Positions 62,617 through 64,000 of a DNA stretch of 64,000 nt are shown here, in pieces. How positions within the stretch are numbered: position 1 is the first letter of the stretch; each line of letters starts with the position of its first letter. The translations under genes were made by a program, and so were the position numbers. This stretch comes from Yuukianura sp. NJ FZ-2021 (Eukaryota), in contig CM102287.1 in NCBI GenBank assembly GCA_046563655.1, forward strand, positions 2,480,001 through 2,544,000. Reading direction: 5' to 3'. The notes beneath the pieces were generated by a model. That model was not told the origin of the DNA and did no database searches. It saw nothing but the letters and a program-made list of their open reading frames with translations.

Positions 62617-63075
62617 TTCGCTGTCAAACCAAAAAGCACCGTTTTTTGAAACTTCAAAATTTAAAAATTCAGAATTTCTCAAAATTTCTAAAGAATAAAC
62701 TCTCAAAATTGCCTGTTTTTGAAATTCTGGCATTTATCTAAAAATTCATAATGGGGAATGAACAAAACTCGTCACCATGGTAACAGAAATCAAATTTTGT
62801 TGTTTTTTTTTTTTCCAAATTTAGTCAACATTTGGCTTTTTTTTTTTTGCTCAGTCGCTGTTCGTCCGTCGCTGAGCGCAGTCGCTCTGAAAAGCTGAAG
62901 TTTTCCGTCAAATTCAGCCGAATCGTCACCCTCTCGTCGCCTTCCAGCTAAAAAGTTTGTGACTTTCCACATTTCGGTTAGTTTAACTGCAATTAAACTT
63001 AAAATATTGCAAAAATTTGTTAGCCAAAAGTTAATGATGGTTTTGAAAGTTGCAGAGTGAAGATCTGTGTTGCGC

Positions 63076-63543
63076 ATGGTTGAAATGGCCTTATGTCAGG
63101 AGCAGTTGCTGATCGTGATGGTGGTGATCGTGGCTCTGATTGGTGGGCCTGCAGAGGGTGTTGGTGACACAAAGCCACCGAAAAGCAACATTCCGCCGAA
63201 CTTTCTGCTGGAAAATCGAGCATTCAGTGGTAAAAGAGACTTTTCTGTGGCGAAGATCTGCCAAGCGAACCCAGACTGTTGGTGGGAATTTCAAATGAAA
63301 GAAATGCCCTCATCCCCGTCACCAAGGCCCACCCCCATGCCAATGGAAACTGTACGACAAGGATACTTGGACGGTCTGAAAATGTGCTGCCGCACTCCGG
63401 AAATGCATAAGCAATGTTTCAACGACACAAAGCCAACAAATGGAAACGATGACGCACTACTGGACCACTGCGGAGGAGCAGCCACAAACCTTCCACTCAA
63501 ATTCATCTTTCCAACGTTACTCCTCGCATTCCTCAATTTTTAA
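63076..63543 (+). CDS. Putative GPI-anchored six-Cys protein, family member 4
   Basis: Same upstream sequence and MVEMAL start as member 1; LENRA..KR; C-x5-C-x35-CC-x8-C-x17-C; DHCGG and hydrophobic tail. Confidence 0.72.
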   Translation: MVEMALCQEQLLIVMVVIVALIGGPAEGVGDTKPPKSNIPPNFLLENRAFSGKRDFSVAKICQANPDCWWEFQMKEMPSSPSPRPTPMPMETVRQGYLDGLKMCCRTPEMHKQCFNDTKPTNGNDDALLDHCGGAATNLPLKFIFPTLLLAFLNF

Positions 63544-63678
63544 AATATACTTCATTTCGTTACAAATTTTCAAAACACACTTCATTCACTGAAACGTTTG
63601 TTGTAAAAGTTTTTCTAAATTTCGAAAGTAAAATAAACTCTAAGCTCAACCTTGAAATTCTGTAAATTTGGAGACCAT

Positions 63679-64000
63679 TTATTGCTGCGTTGTGCAAGGA
63701 ATTACAGAAGGAATGAAGAGAAAGGCAAGAATTGCGAAGTGTTTGGATTTTGGGTGAGTTGACCTTTGACCTGACGTGCCCACGTAGACGCCATAGCCAT
63801 CATAAGCTCCTGGCCCACCAAGCCCACGTCTAGTCGAACTGTCCTCGGTTGTTGTTGGTGGGACGATGACGGTGGGATCCAGCACTTTCACACAGTACTG
63901 CTCCAGCTCAGCTTCATTTTGGTAGAGCATGGAGTTGAGTTCAACACACATGTGTTTTACTCCCAAGTAGCAGCATTTGTTATACGTTTTGCTGATGGCC
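63679..64000 (-). CDS. Probable fifth six-Cys family member, C-terminal part; truncated by the right edge
   Basis: AISKTYNKCCYLGVKHMCVELNSMLYQNEAELEQYC (CC-x7-C-x17-C), Pro/Thr/Gly linker and hydrophobic C-terminus. Confidence 0.55.
   Translation of the reverse strand, partial: AISKTYNKCCYLGVKHMCVELNSMLYQNEAELEQYCVKVLDPTVIVPPTTTEDSSTRRGLGGPGAYDGYGVYVGTSGQRSTHPKSKHFAILAFLFIPSVIPCTTQQ

Overview
Gene-dense, AT-rich eukaryotic DNA with short GT-AG introns; gene content and TTAGG motifs suggest a compact arthropod genome (inference). Recognisable genes, in order: CLCA-like (truncated by the window, metalloprotease motif lost), a secreted His/Gly-rich protein, CARM1, a polypeptide GalNAc-transferase, mitochondrial CLPB/SKD3, an RSPH10B-like MORN protein, an SRD5A-like reductase, COX7C, a divergent tetraspanin, a GT43 glucuronosyltransferase, ZC4H2, a CD164/endolyn-like sialomucin, sphingosine-1-phosphate lyase and an FSIP2-like protein. 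Mobile elements: an apparently intact five-exon THAP/P-element transposon (30-bp TIRs) in the CLPB-RSPH10B divergent promoter, whose last intron holds four CTCF-like sites in a 54-bp array; a full-length BEL/Pao LTR retrotransposon with LTRs identical by eye; two Merlin-type MITEs (GG..CC ends, 8-bp TSDs, TTAGG core); and a 709-bp TIR element that interrupts a hidden two-domain defensin-like gene. The right end carries five members of an unrecognised, probably GPI-anchored six-cysteine protein family with conserved leaders and divergent mature domains. Exon boundaries were read by eye and no database search was run.
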